From the NCBI GenBank assembly GCA_045631705.1, contig JAZQVE010000056.1, forward strand, positions 718 to 64,717: a stretch of 64,000 nt of DNA, written 5' to 3'. Below are positions 30,998 through 40,243 of the stretch, one piece after another (the first letter of the stretch is position 1; each line of letters starts with the position of its first letter). The translations under genes and the position numbers were made by a program. Origin of the DNA: Akkermansia sp. (GTDB lineage Bacteria; Verrucomicrobiota; Verrucomicrobiia; Verrucomicrobiales; Akkermansiaceae). Under the pieces are notes generated by a model, which ran no database searches, had not been told where the DNA came from, and saw only the letters and a program-made list of their open reading frames with translations.

Positions 30998-32118
30998 AAG
31001 TGACCATGGAAATGCTGGGCTGGGGCCCGGATTATGCAGAAGCTCTGGCGGCTCTGGGGCACCCCGAGTGGTACCCGGCCCGCATCATCCGCGAGACGAA
31101 GATTAATTTCACCGTGATTGCCAAGGGCAAGGGCGACCACGAGGTGGTGCTCTGCGGCAAGGTGTGGCACGATGCGGTTTCCGATGCCGACCTGCCCACT
31201 GTGGGTGACTGGGTGGCTGTGGACCCGGGGCAGGGCAAGGACCTTCCTGTCATACGCGCCATGCTGCCGCGCCGCAACCGATTCTCCCGTAAGGCGCCCG
31301 GCCGCAGCTGTGCCGAGCAGGTCATCGGCGCGAATGTGGACATGGTGGTGGTGATTACCGATGCTGAGAGTGACTACAACCCGCGCCGCATCGAGCGCTA
31401 CCTGACCCTCATCCGCAAGAGCGGTGCCACCCCCGTGGTGCTGGTGAACAAGGCAGATACCGCTCCCGAGACGGATATGCAGCGCGCGGTGGAGGAAATC
31501 CGCGCCGTCGGCTGTAGCGAGGTGTATCCCATCGTGGCCCGCTGGCGCAAGGGCTACCCGCAGTATTTGCGTCGTGTGCCCAAGGGGCGTACCATCACCG
31601 TGGTGGGGTCATCGGGCGTGGGCAAGAGCACTTTCGTGAACAGCCTGCTGGGCGATGAATGGCTGGAAACCGGCCATGTGAACGAGGTGACTGGCAAAGG
31701 CCGCCACACCACCGTGGCCCGCGAGCTGGTGATTCTGGCTGGCGGCGGTGTGTTGATTGATAACCCCGGTATGCGCGAGATTCACATGTGGACGGATGCC
31801 GCCACGCTCCGCGCCCAGTTTGCTGATTTGACCGAGCTGGAAAGCCAGTGCCGCTTTGCCGACTGCTCCCACCGCAAGGATGCCGGCTGTGCCATCCGCG
31901 CTGCGCTCGAGAACGGTACGCTCACCCAGGAACGCTATGAGCATTTCCTGAATCTCGACGCCGAGATTGCCGAGCTGGAGCGCCGCAATGAAAAGCGCCA
32001 GATGACCCTGGAGCGTGTGAACCGCCGCGAGAAACGCCACATGCTGCGCAACCGCGAGGACCGCGAGGACCACCGCCGCAACATGAATCCCCACCGCAGG
32101 CAATACTACTCGGATTGA
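30994..32118 (+). CDS. rsgA: Ribosome small subunit-dependent GTPase A
   Basis: Motifs VGDWV, NKAD, GSSGVGKST, GRHTT and DNPG, plus Zn finger CRFADCSH...GC. Confidence 0.93.
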   Translation: MKVTMEMLGWGPDYAEALAALGHPEWYPARIIRETKINFTVIAKGKGDHEVVLCGKVWHDAVSDADLPTVGDWVAVDPGQGKDLPVIRAMLPRRNRFSRKAPGRSCAEQVIGANVDMVVVITDAESDYNPRRIERYLTLIRKSGATPVVLVNKADTAPETDMQRAVEEIRAVGCSEVYPIVARWRKGYPQYLRRVPKGRTITVVGSSGVGKSTFVNSLLGDEWLETGHVNEVTGKGRHTTVARELVILAGGGVLIDNPGMREIHMWTDAATLRAQFADLTELESQCRFADCSHRKDAGCAIRAALENGTLTQERYEHFLNLDAEIAELERRNEKRQMTLERVNRREKRHMLRNREDREDHRRNMNPHRRQYYSD

Positions 32119-32151
32119 CAATTGACAATTGACTATTGACGAATGACTATT
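32115..32151 (+). repeat. Heptamer tandem array (TTGACNA, 5 units)
   Basis: ttgacaa ttgacaa ttgacta ttgacga atgacta. Confidence 0.8.
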
Positions 32152-32179
32152 GCGGGCTATGCCCGCCGGATTTCAAACG

Positions 32180-33061
32180 TCAATTTTCCTCTTGGCGCAC
32201 GGTTTCGCGGGCGTTTTTGGCGGCGATGAGCCATTGGCGCACGCCTTCCTTGTCCTGCGTTTCGAGGAGGTCGATGAGGTTGTGCAGGTCATTCACACAG
32301 TCGTGCAGGGCCGCGCGCACGGCCACGTCGTTTTCCCAGAGGATATCGGCCCACATGTTGGCTCCGCCGGAGCAGACGCGCGTGGTATCGCGGAAGCCGG
32401 TGGCGGCGAGGCGCTGCAGATCCTCCATGGGTTCCTGTCCCAGCGTGGCACCGCGGGCACAGAGGGCTGCCAGAATATGCGGACAATGTGAAATGCGGGC
32501 CACGGTGCGATCGTGGTTCACCGGGTCCATTTCGTAGGTGCTGGTGCCCAGCGCCTGCCAGAAGTCTGCAAGTTGCTGGACTTTTTCAGCCGGGGCTCCA
32601 TGCGGGTTGGTGAGGGCTACTGAGGCTCCCTTGATGAGATCGGCATAGGCATGTTCGATGCCCTGTTTCTCTGCGCCGGCCATGGGGTGTGAACCGATGA
32701 AGCACCGCCCCCGGTTGGTGAGCATGGTGCCGGTGGTGCGGTGCACATAGGCCTTCACCGAGCCGATATCGGTGATAATGGCCTCCTTTGACACCGCAGA
32801 AAGGATGTAGCGGGAAAGCTCTTCGAATGCACCGATGGGGGTAGCCAAGATGATGAGCTCGGCTCCTTTGGCTGCCTCTCGGGCATCGGTATAGGTATGC
32901 TCTGTGATGCCTTGCTCGCGTACGAAATCAAGCGGCTGCTGGCGGCGCGCCCAGATGCGGAGCTCGCAGCCGGGCATGTGCTGCCGCACTGCCATGGCAA
33001 TGGAGCCCCCGAGCAGACCGGGGCCCAGGATGCAGACGGATTGGAAGGGAAGAGAACTCAT
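32180..33061 (-). CDS. tyrA: Prephenate/arogenate dehydrogenase
   Basis: Motifs GPGLLGGS, TDIGSVK, GSHPMAGAE, HD...A.ISH.PH and GFRDTTR. Confidence 0.92.
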   Translation of the reverse strand: MSSLPFQSVCILGPGLLGGSIAMAVRQHMPGCELRIWARRQQPLDFVREQGITEHTYTDAREAAKGAELIILATPIGAFEELSRYILSAVSKEAIITDIGSVKAYVHRTTGTMLTNRGRCFIGSHPMAGAEKQGIEHAYADLIKGASVALTNPHGAPAEKVQQLADFWQALGTSTYEMDPVNHDRTVARISHCPHILAALCARGATLGQEPMEDLQRLAATGFRDTTRVCSGGANMWADILWENDVAVRAALHDCVNDLHNLIDLLETQDKEGVRQWLIAAKNARETVRQEEN

Positions 33062-33064
33062 GCG

Positions 33065-33655
33065 TTACGGCACGTAGAACATGAAATTGGTGCCACGTAC
33101 CTTAAGCTTCTTGCCGCTCGGGTAGGGCTTGCCGTCCTTGTCCACCACGCGGATGGTTTTGCTGGGATTCAGCGGGTTGTATACGCGTGTGGGGTCACCG
33201 GGCACGCGGGTAGCCACGGGGATGGGGCCGGTGTTGGTGATCTGGCTCAGGTCAACAGCCTGGTTGGCCGGCTGGGCGGGCGGAGGTGTTGCTGCGGGTT
33301 TGGTTACAATTGGTGTCAGAGCGGGTTCTGCAGGCTTTGCTTTGGGCTGAGGAGCCGTGGCTGGTTTTGGCGTGGGAATAGGCGCCGGCGTCATCCTCTG
33401 CGTGCCGGGAACGATGGGCCTTGTCAGATCCAGCGGTGCATTCGGATTCGCAATCGGCTGCGCGGCAACCGGGTCAGGAATCGGAGCCTGCTGAATGCCG
33501 GCCGGCTGCGTGGTCACCCAGGTGTCGGGGTAGGCCGTGCGCCCGGCTGTGCCCTGGTAAGGCATATCCGGCACGGTGGGGGTGTAGTATACACACGAAC
33601 TGAGCATGCCGCCGCAAAGCGACAAGAAAAGAAGGCAACGTGTAGACTTTATCAT
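33065..33655 (-). CDS. Pro-rich lipoprotein
   Basis: Lipobox MLSSC and a Pro/Ala linker. Promoter TTGACA-17-TAACTT with the -35 at 33714. Confidence 0.8.
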   Translation of the reverse strand: MIKSTRCLLFLSLCGGMLSSCVYYTPTVPDMPYQGTAGRTAYPDTWVTTQPAGIQQAPIPDPVAAQPIANPNAPLDLTRPIVPGTQRMTPAPIPTPKPATAPQPKAKPAEPALTPIVTKPAATPPPAQPANQAVDLSQITNTGPIPVATRVPGDPTRVYNPLNPSKTIRVVDKDGKPYPSGKKLKVRGTNFMFYVP

Positions 33656-33778
33656 GGGTGAAAACTTTCCGGGTTTCTTTAAGATAAGTTAAATCTTCCG
33701 GAGGAAAATGTCAACTTAAAACGTGAGGTAAACCGGATAAAAAAAGCTGAAACCGGGAGGAACCATGTCTATATCCTG

Positions 33779-35383
33779 TTATTCTGAAGCAGCGCCCTTT
33801 GCTGCTGCCATTTTCAGAATGTCCTGGGCCCTTTTCCGGACTTCAGAGATGACGGCACTACGCTGGAGAAGTTGCAACTTATCAATAGTATCTGAGGCTT
33901 TGGTAAGGTATGCGGATTTGTTTATGACCTGGATGAGGAGGTGATAGTATGTACTGTTGAGCATCAGTTCCTCCATAGTCATATTGTGCTCCTTGTTCTG
34001 GCTGCCTTTGAACCAGTTGTTGAAGCAGTAGGGCGATAATACATCCGAATCGTTCAGAAGGGATTGCAGAACCTCCGCTTTGCCCCAGCGGCGGGCATAG
34101 ATGATTCCAAGTTCTCGCCAGGCGGCATCGCTGCCTACAATTTTGCGAATTTCCTCAATTGATGCGCGCGAAATTAATTTCCCCAATTTTGCTCCTGCTG
34201 AGCGGATGGCTTGTTCTCCGGGTTCCCTTGCCTTGAATTCGTCCTGATACGCATCATGAATCAGGAATTGGAGGTGTTCCGGTTTCAGCGCAAATTTGGG
34301 GGAGAATAGTGCATCCTCAAACTTAAGACTCAAAGTTGTCCGCATCTCGAGCTCGTCCTTCTTCAGGTAACTGGCGATAGAATTGACAGTTGGTGGGAAA
34401 ATCTGGGTGAGGTCAGGAGTTTGTGGCTCTGATTTTCCAGGTAGCAGAGTTTCTGTTCCGGAAAGCTGGGAGAAGCCTTTCAGCGCCTCCAGCCTTCCAT
34501 ACCACGAGAATTGGCAGAAGGCAACATGGGAAAGCCGTTCCTTACCTTTCTCCATTCCTTCCACCATTTCCCAGACGCGGAGCGCTTCCTCCGCATCGTT
34601 CCATACCGTCAGCAGGCACTGATCTTTTGCTGCATAATACAGGGACAGGGCGATGAGTTCCCATTCCTTAGCTGCCGGAAGCGCCTCTCCCAGTAGATGG
34701 TTGCTGCAGAGACTGGATAATTTGTTAACAGTCTTCTCCAATTTCTGGTTTCTTTTGATGGCTCTTCGGGCAGACGCATCCAGAATCTGCACGTTTGCCT
34801 GCACGGGTGCCGGCAGTTGCTGCACCGCTTCAGTAAATCGGGTAAGCCGGGCGGATGCCAGGGCAGAAGAGGTAATCCAGCATTTTTTTTCTGCCAGGAC
34901 ATCGACCAATTGCTCCTGCGTGTCTTTCAGATTATCGTTTCTCTCGTCTTTCCAGCAGCGGAAGCGTCCATTTCGATGGAGGAAATAGACGCTGCTTTCG
35001 CCGCTTCTCTTACCCAGGTATTCAGCGAGGTTGATATCCTGGGTGAGCATGAGGGGGGCGCCGGATGGCGCGGCTTCGCTGATTGTGATGCTTTGAAGGA
35101 AATTCAGGGCCTGAGTGGCCTGATGCGCTTTCGATGGGAGCAACATCATCTCCTTCAGTGTTTCCTTGACTCCCTGAATGTAGAAAAATTGTTTGCTGCC
35201 CAACAAGGTTCTTAATTCCTGAGCAAGCTCCAGCCCCTTCGGGCTCATCAGGAAGCTCACGTCAAAACAGCAGATTTTTCCGGATTGTTTGATCTTCTGA
35301 AAAATCTCGTCATCAGTTTCGATATCATGATTGAGGTGCATTTCTTCAGGCGGGGGTAATGAGTTTTCTTTGCCACAGGACAT
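33779..35383 (-). CDS. Protein with two degenerate PIN-like domains and a helical C-terminal region; paralog of the upstream gene
   Basis: ICCFDVSFLM...LMLTQDINLA is PIN-like. The second unit WITSSALAS...VAFCQFSWYGRLEALKG mirrors the neighbour. Confidence 0.6.
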   Translation of the reverse strand: MSCGKENSLPPPEEMHLNHDIETDDEIFQKIKQSGKICCFDVSFLMSPKGLELAQELRTLLGSKQFFYIQGVKETLKEMMLLPSKAHQATQALNFLQSITISEAAPSGAPLMLTQDINLAEYLGKRSGESSVYFLHRNGRFRCWKDERNDNLKDTQEQLVDVLAEKKCWITSSALASARLTRFTEAVQQLPAPVQANVQILDASARRAIKRNQKLEKTVNKLSSLCSNHLLGEALPAAKEWELIALSLYYAAKDQCLLTVWNDAEEALRVWEMVEGMEKGKERLSHVAFCQFSWYGRLEALKGFSQLSGTETLLPGKSEPQTPDLTQIFPPTVNSIASYLKKDELEMRTTLSLKFEDALFSPKFALKPEHLQFLIHDAYQDEFKAREPGEQAIRSAGAKLGKLISRASIEEIRKIVGSDAAWRELGIIYARRWGKAEVLQSLLNDSDVLSPYCFNNWFKGSQNKEHNMTMEELMLNSTYYHLLIQVINKSAYLTKASDTIDKLQLLQRSAVISEVRKRAQDILKMAAAKGAASE

Positions 35384-36695
35384 AATTCTTTATATCCTGT
35401 ATGGTGGTAAAAAATTCTGTCAGTTTGTTTTTGAATGTACTGATGGGGGAATTGGTAATGACCTTTGCGGTCTGCTCCTTCTGTAGCGTCATGCTACGCT
35501 TTTTCCAGAGTTGAGCCATCAGTCTGGATTTCGTCACACCACAGCCCTTGGAATACATGAGGGAAAGAGCCTTCATTGCAGATGCATTGCCGCTGCGTGC
35601 TTCCTGCATGATTTCTGCTACGATATGCCCCATGCTGTCTGCTGCAGTTGCGTTGCCAGCCTGTTGTATAATTTTTGATGCAGGAATATAGATTCTGCCC
35701 TGGCCTGATGAGGTGCCCTTCAGTGCATGCAACATGCCTAACAAGCCAATGGTGCAATACTGGATTGAGTCGTGGTGGCCGTGACAATGGTTGGTGCTGG
35801 ATTGCGTAGCTTTTTCACGCAGTTGGTTGAGCATGGTCTGGCTTCCGACGAGCATAACCTTGCGGTGTTGTTTGCGAACCAGATAGGAGGCGAGCAGACG
35901 AGCGTCCTCGTCGAGGAAATCGCCGTCCTTTACAATGTGAACCCTGTCAAGGATGGTGCTGAATTCAGCAGGAAGTTGTTTTGCTTTGGAAATGGAGGTT
36001 TCGTGAATATATACAGGCAGCTTCTGGTTGGCGGCTCCGCTCAGTCTGAGCATAGAGAGGAGATGGGGGAAATCCTTGCTTCGCAGAGCGGAACTGGTGA
36101 GAATCATATCCGTGTCGGCGAAAATAGCAGGCAGTTTATCCGCTATATAGTTGCACGTACGATGCTGGACAAACTCATTGACGAGTAATACGGAGTATCC
36201 GGCATTGGCGTTGCGGTCGATAACGTAGACGGTGCTTTCCGGTACGCCGGAAGAAATGCCGAGGCCGCATGCGTAGTCTCCGGTCAGAAAAACGGGTTGC
36301 AGATTGCGAGTGACGTCTGCCAATGCTGTGCGGCGCAGGGCTTCATCTGCGAAGCGTTTCAGGCCAGGCATGTCATCGAGTTCCTTTTCGATGTCGCTCT
36401 TCCCCAGAATGTTGAAGATATCTTTGTTTCGCTGAATGAAGGAGAGCGTGTCAATTGCCCAACGCTGCTTTTGTTCTTTTTTCTTCAATAATTCACTGTG
36501 TACGTAGTGAATGATGTTAATCTTCTTTCCGCTGCGGCGGATGTCGCCCTTCATAGAGGCGATGAAGTTCAGTCCGAGAGCGATGGCGCCATTGTCCTTT
36601 GCCCCGATGCACGTATCTGCGTACAGAACTGTCTGGGGAGATTGCAGAAGGGCGGAAAAAGATTCGATGGCCTTGGGGGATGCGGAATTGTACAT
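35346..36695 (-). CDS. Double PIN-like domain protein with C-terminal Sel1-like repeat
   Basis: PIN acidic tetrad in LYADTC, VHSEL, FADE and FLTGD. Degenerate second unit ILTSSALRS. Sel1-like GNASAMKALSLMYSKGCGVTKS...A..W. Confidence 0.7.
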   Translation of the reverse strand: MYNSASPKAIESFSALLQSPQTVLYADTCIGAKDNGAIALGLNFIASMKGDIRRSGKKINIIHYVHSELLKKKEQKQRWAIDTLSFIQRNKDIFNILGKSDIEKELDDMPGLKRFADEALRRTALADVTRNLQPVFLTGDYACGLGISSGVPESTVYVIDRNANAGYSVLLVNEFVQHRTCNYIADKLPAIFADTDMILTSSALRSKDFPHLLSMLRLSGAANQKLPVYIHETSISKAKQLPAEFSTILDRVHIVKDGDFLDEDARLLASYLVRKQHRKVMLVGSQTMLNQLREKATQSSTNHCHGHHDSIQYCTIGLLGMLHALKGTSSGQGRIYIPASKIIQQAGNATAADSMGHIVAEIMQEARSGNASAMKALSLMYSKGCGVTKSRLMAQLWKKRSMTLQKEQTAKVITNSPISTFKNKLTEFFTTIQDIKNYVLWQRKLITPA

Positions 36696-36770
36696 AGTAG
36701 TGTGTTTTTATTGTTTATAGCAGTCTCAGGAGTGCTTACCTTAAGCCTTCCATCGTTTTGCGTCAGGGGA

Positions 36771-36799
36771 ACTATAATGCACATGGCTGTGAATGTCAA
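36771..36799 (-). promoter_or_regulatory. Consensus sigma70 promoter for the PIN gene pair
   Basis: TTGACA-17bp-TATAGT on the minus strand. Confidence 0.75.
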
Positions 36800-36866
36800 G
36801 AGAATTTTATAATATATGGTGAATATTTTACAAATAATGTTACAAACTGTCTGTTTTTGTTATAAT

Positions 36867-37928
36867 TTAGATGCGGAGTGTGGGCGGTTTCAGCATAAGT
36901 TTCGGGGCTGCGGGAGTGAGAGGCTTGTTGATTCGGAGTTTTGGCGGACTAAGGGTGGATACCGGAGCAGATAGACGAATGGCCTGGACATGCTGCTGCC
37001 ATTTCTGCCAGATTTTGCGGAAATCAGGATTCTGCAGGTGCTGGTGCAGGATGCTCTGATACATTTCCTCTGTGATGGGGGATGCGTTGCTGGCTTGTCC
37101 CATCAGGGCACCGATAGAATACAATCCCAGTCCGGCTGCTGCCGCCAGCCCGAAGCAGGAGGAAACACAGCCGAGGGCACCGATGAGTGCGGAGCGGGAA
37201 CCGGCGTTTAATGCAGATTTGACCCTGGTTTCCATCGGTTCTTTACTGTTCAGCAGCAGCGCGACGCCGCAGCCGATGATAAAACTGGCCAGAGATGCCC
37301 CAAAGAACACGGCAGGATCAATGCTGTAAGAGAAGGTTTTTATGGTGGATACTACACCCGCCATCATATTTTCTGCTCCGCCCAGAATCAGAAGGGGATT
37401 CTGCAGCCATGCACCAGCCAGAATTTCTATGGTTCCCGTCCCGAAGGTGTCGAATGCTACCCAGCAATTCATGGCCAGGTCTCCGGAGATGGCGGCGAGT
37501 AGATTGTGAGCACCGTCTGCAATCGCCAGGATGCCCACGGCTGAGTCCATGATATTCAGACACATATAACCCTTGGGGATGCCGATGTCGACCATCAATT
37601 GTCCCAGTCCGCTGGCGGAAAATCCAGGAATGGGGATACCTGCCTTTGTTGGAAAATCGGTGAGCAGAATGTGTCCCGCCTGGTGGAACTTTTCTGCCGG
37701 GTTCAGGAAGAGTTCCGGTAGCACATCAACTAAGAGATCGTGACCCTCCTTCCACCGGTGAAACGCGCCGCTGGCTGTATCTGCTAAGGTGTCTTTGGCC
37801 AGTAGCGGGAATGATGTATCGCAGAAGTGTCTTATTGTCTGGGCGGGTATGCTCAGGTAGGCTGCCTGTGCTCCTCCCACCGCGGAGAGGAGCGTTACAT
37901 CCATGCCTAATTGTGCTGCTTCAGTCAT
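36867..37928 (-). CDS. Uncharacterised membrane protein with HRxxxGHD / DxxTxxGxP motifs and Gly/Ala-rich helices
   Basis: FHRWKEGHDLL and HILLTDFPTKAGIPIPG, followed by several Gly-zipper-like hydrophobic segments. Confidence 0.7.
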   Translation of the reverse strand: MTEAAQLGMDVTLLSAVGGAQAAYLSIPAQTIRHFCDTSFPLLAKDTLADTASGAFHRWKEGHDLLVDVLPELFLNPAEKFHQAGHILLTDFPTKAGIPIPGFSASGLGQLMVDIGIPKGYMCLNIMDSAVGILAIADGAHNLLAAISGDLAMNCWVAFDTFGTGTIEILAGAWLQNPLLILGGAENMMAGVVSTIKTFSYSIDPAVFFGASLASFIIGCGVALLLNSKEPMETRVKSALNAGSRSALIGALGCVSSCFGLAAAAGLGLYSIGALMGQASNASPITEEMYQSILHQHLQNPDFRKIWQKWQQHVQAIRLSAPVSTLSPPKLRINKPLTPAAPKLMLKPPTLRI

Positions 37929-37940
37929 ATGCGTAAAAGG

Positions 37941-38495
37941 TCAGGCATTATTCCACTTGCTTTCGTAGGTCTGCCATACCTGGGGCAGGGCATCATTGAT
38001 TCCCTGCCTGAGTACCTGGACAGCCTTGCGGGAAAGGACCTCCTCCGGAATGTTGGAGAATATGAGGTACCCGGCAATCATGGAGGCAACAGCTCCCAGA
38101 GCGATAATAGCCAGGGGCCCTGTCAACGATAAGCCGGTGATGGCGGTTGAGATGGTGGTGATGATGCCAGCCCCCCATCCCAGGATAGTGCCTACACCGC
38201 TCAGGATGAGCCCCAGACCTGCAACAAGGCCCGCGCTGGAAAGCAGGTGCTTGATGATGGTTACCTTGGTGCCGAAGTCATTGGCGAGAACCGCCTGGGA
38301 CATGAGGATGGCGGACTTGATTTCAGCCGGGGTTTCACCACAGTGCTTAATCCACAGGCCCTCGATGCTTGTGCCCAGACGCTGCAGATCGTGGAATTCC
38401 AGGAACTGGCGATTCTGCGGCTTATACTTCAGGGTATCGCAGATCTGCTCATCCAGGAAGCGTGCCATCTGGTTTTGAATTTCGTACGTATTCAT
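37941..38495 (-). CDS. 184-aa Gly-rich membrane-hairpin protein, copy A
   Basis: Hydrophobic AGLVAGLGLILSGVGTILGWGAG...; near-identical to the next gene. Confidence 0.8.
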   Translation of the reverse strand: MNTYEIQNQMARFLDEQICDTLKYKPQNRQFLEFHDLQRLGTSIEGLWIKHCGETPAEIKSAILMSQAVLANDFGTKVTIIKHLLSSAGLVAGLGLILSGVGTILGWGAGIITTISTAITGLSLTGPLAIIALGAVASMIAGYLIFSNIPEEVLSRKAVQVLRQGINDALPQVWQTYESKWNNA

Positions 38496-38589
38496 GATAT
38501 GAATTATTTAAGAGTTCAGGTTATTGTTTGTGTTTGATGATGTAATGTGTTACAGTAGAATTGAAAAGGGGGGATGTGATAGTAATGGG

Positions 38590-39144
38590 TCAGGCATTAT
38601 TCCACTTGCTTTCGTAGGTCTGCCATACCTGGGGCAGGGCGTCATGGATTCCCTGCCTGAGTACCTGGACTGCCTTGCGGGAAAGGACCTCCTCCGGAAT
38701 GTTGGAGAATATGAGGTACCCGGCAATCATGGAGGCAACAGCTCCCAGAGCGATAATAGCCAGGGGCCCTGTCAACGACAAGCCGGTGATGGCGGTTGAG
38801 ATGGTGGTGATGATGCCAGCCCCCCATCCCAGGATAGTGCCTACACCGCTCAGGATGAGCCCCAGACCTGCAACGAGGCCCGCGCTGGAAAGCAGGTGCT
38901 TGATGATGGTTACCTTGGTGCCGAAGTCATTGGCGAGAACCGCCTGGGACATGAGGATAGCGGACTTGATTTCAGCCGGGGTCTCACCGCAGTGTTCAAT
39001 CCACATGCCTTCGATGCTTGTGCCCAGACGCTGCAGATCGTGGAATTCCAGGAACTGGCGGTCCTGAGACTTATGCTGCAGTGTTTCGCAGATCTGTGCA
39101 TCCAGGAAGAGTTCCATCAGATTCTGAATTTCGTAGGTGTTCAT
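38590..39144 (-). CDS. 184-aa Gly-rich membrane-hairpin protein, copy B
   Basis: Tandem duplicate at offset 649 bp with 12 aa differences. Confidence 0.8.
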   Translation of the reverse strand: MNTYEIQNLMELFLDAQICETLQHKSQDRQFLEFHDLQRLGTSIEGMWIEHCGETPAEIKSAILMSQAVLANDFGTKVTIIKHLLSSAGLVAGLGLILSGVGTILGWGAGIITTISTAITGLSLTGPLAIIALGAVASMIAGYLIFSNIPEEVLSRKAVQVLRQGIHDALPQVWQTYESKWNNA

Positions 39145-39209
39145 TATTTTTCTTATCTTTCTATTATTTTGAGGTTGATGTTGATTTTGCTTCAGGTTGG
39201 GTCTGTAGG

Positions 39210-39368
39210 TTAGATGCAGGCGCTGTCTTCTTCGGTTACTTCACTTACAACGAGGTATAGGCCTTGCAGGATATCAATGGGGGATATATTCCGGATTATG
39301 GAAGTAGCGTGTCCAACGCAGTTTTTTGCAATTTGCTTAATCGGTTCCTGATTGGTAAAAATATTCAT
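39210..39368 (-). CDS. Possible 52-aa small protein (MNIFTNQEPIKQ...DSACI)
   Basis: ATG to TAA in operon orientation, preceded by an A-rich leader like neighbouring genes. Confidence 0.4.
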   Translation of the reverse strand: MNIFTNQEPIKQIAKNCVGHATSIIRNISPIDILQGLYLVVSEVTEEDSACI

Positions 39369-39427
39369 GTTCTGTATTTTTGTTTATGTGGAGGTTAAGG
39401 ATGTATTATCCGGTGGGGAATTGAGGT

Positions 39428-39529
39428 TCAAAAGAGGATTGCGAGCGTGGCGATGACCAGTTTCACCACTTGTACGGGGGACAGGACGGGACAGGGGTCG
39501 ACCAGAATCAGGGGATTATGGATGTTCAT
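39428..39529 (-). CDS. Possible 33-aa hydrophobic peptide (MNIHNPLILVDPCPVLSPVQVVKLVIATLAILF)
   Basis: ATG to TGA in operon orientation with a hydrophobic C-terminus. Confidence 0.35.
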   Translation of the reverse strand: MNIHNPLILVDPCPVLSPVQVVKLVIATLAILF

Positions 39530-39565
39530 GTCTGATGTTGCTATGGATTATCGGGTTAATTGCCT

Positions 39566-39973
39566 TTATTTATCTGCTTTCACTGTTGCCTCAGTGTCAG
39601 ATTCCGACTTGGGAAGAATGCTGTCGACTGTCGCAAGGATGTGATTCAGCACAAGGGCAATCAGACCAAGATCATCTGCATAGCCTACAAAAGGTATGAA
39701 ATCAGGGATGGCATCAAAGGGGGTGATAACGTAGAGGATGCCGGCTGCAAGAATGATAAGGTTGCGAGGGGTAAGCAGTTCGTTGCGGCGGTCGCTGGAC
39801 AGAATGCTTATGGCCTTCTTTACTCGCTGGGTCAGTTCGCTGTGGTTGGCGTGCTTGTTGAGCCAATCCTTCGCCATCGGTATGAGGTTGTTCATCACCT
39901 CGGAGTTGCGTACGGCCTTGGCCCACCTGGAGTTCTCCAGGTCCTTCAGGGTATTAATGAAGCTAGTCTTCAT
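39566..39973 (-). CDS. YkvA/DUF1232 family membrane protein
   Basis: Signature LYVITPFDAIPDFIPFVGYADD. Confidence 0.88.
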   Translation of the reverse strand: MKTSFINTLKDLENSRWAKAVRNSEVMNNLIPMAKDWLNKHANHSELTQRVKKAISILSSDRRNELLTPRNLIILAAGILYVITPFDAIPDFIPFVGYADDLGLIALVLNHILATVDSILPKSESDTEATVKADK

Positions 39974-40052
39974 GGTTTTGTTTTTCTTGTTGTTGGCATG
40001 GAACTTGAGGTTGTTCACCGTGAACTACCTCTTGTTCCGTGCGGCTGAGCCC

Positions 40053-40081
40053 AATTTATCACTGCCTTGGAAAAATGTCAA
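40053..40081 (-). promoter_or_regulatory. Consensus sigma70 promoter of the leftward island operon
   Basis: TTGACA-17bp-TAAATT with phased A-tracts upstream. Confidence 0.7.
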
Positions 40082-40243
40082 CACAAAAATGCAAAAAAAT
40101 TACAAAAAGCACAAAAAGATTACAAAAAGAAGTTATAAAGACGGGCGAAAGCTTACAAAATATGTAAAAATGGAGAAGCGGAGGGCACGTGGAGGGGGTT
40201 CGTCCTTGCTATTATGTCTGGCAGATGCTAAAATGGGGGAGGT

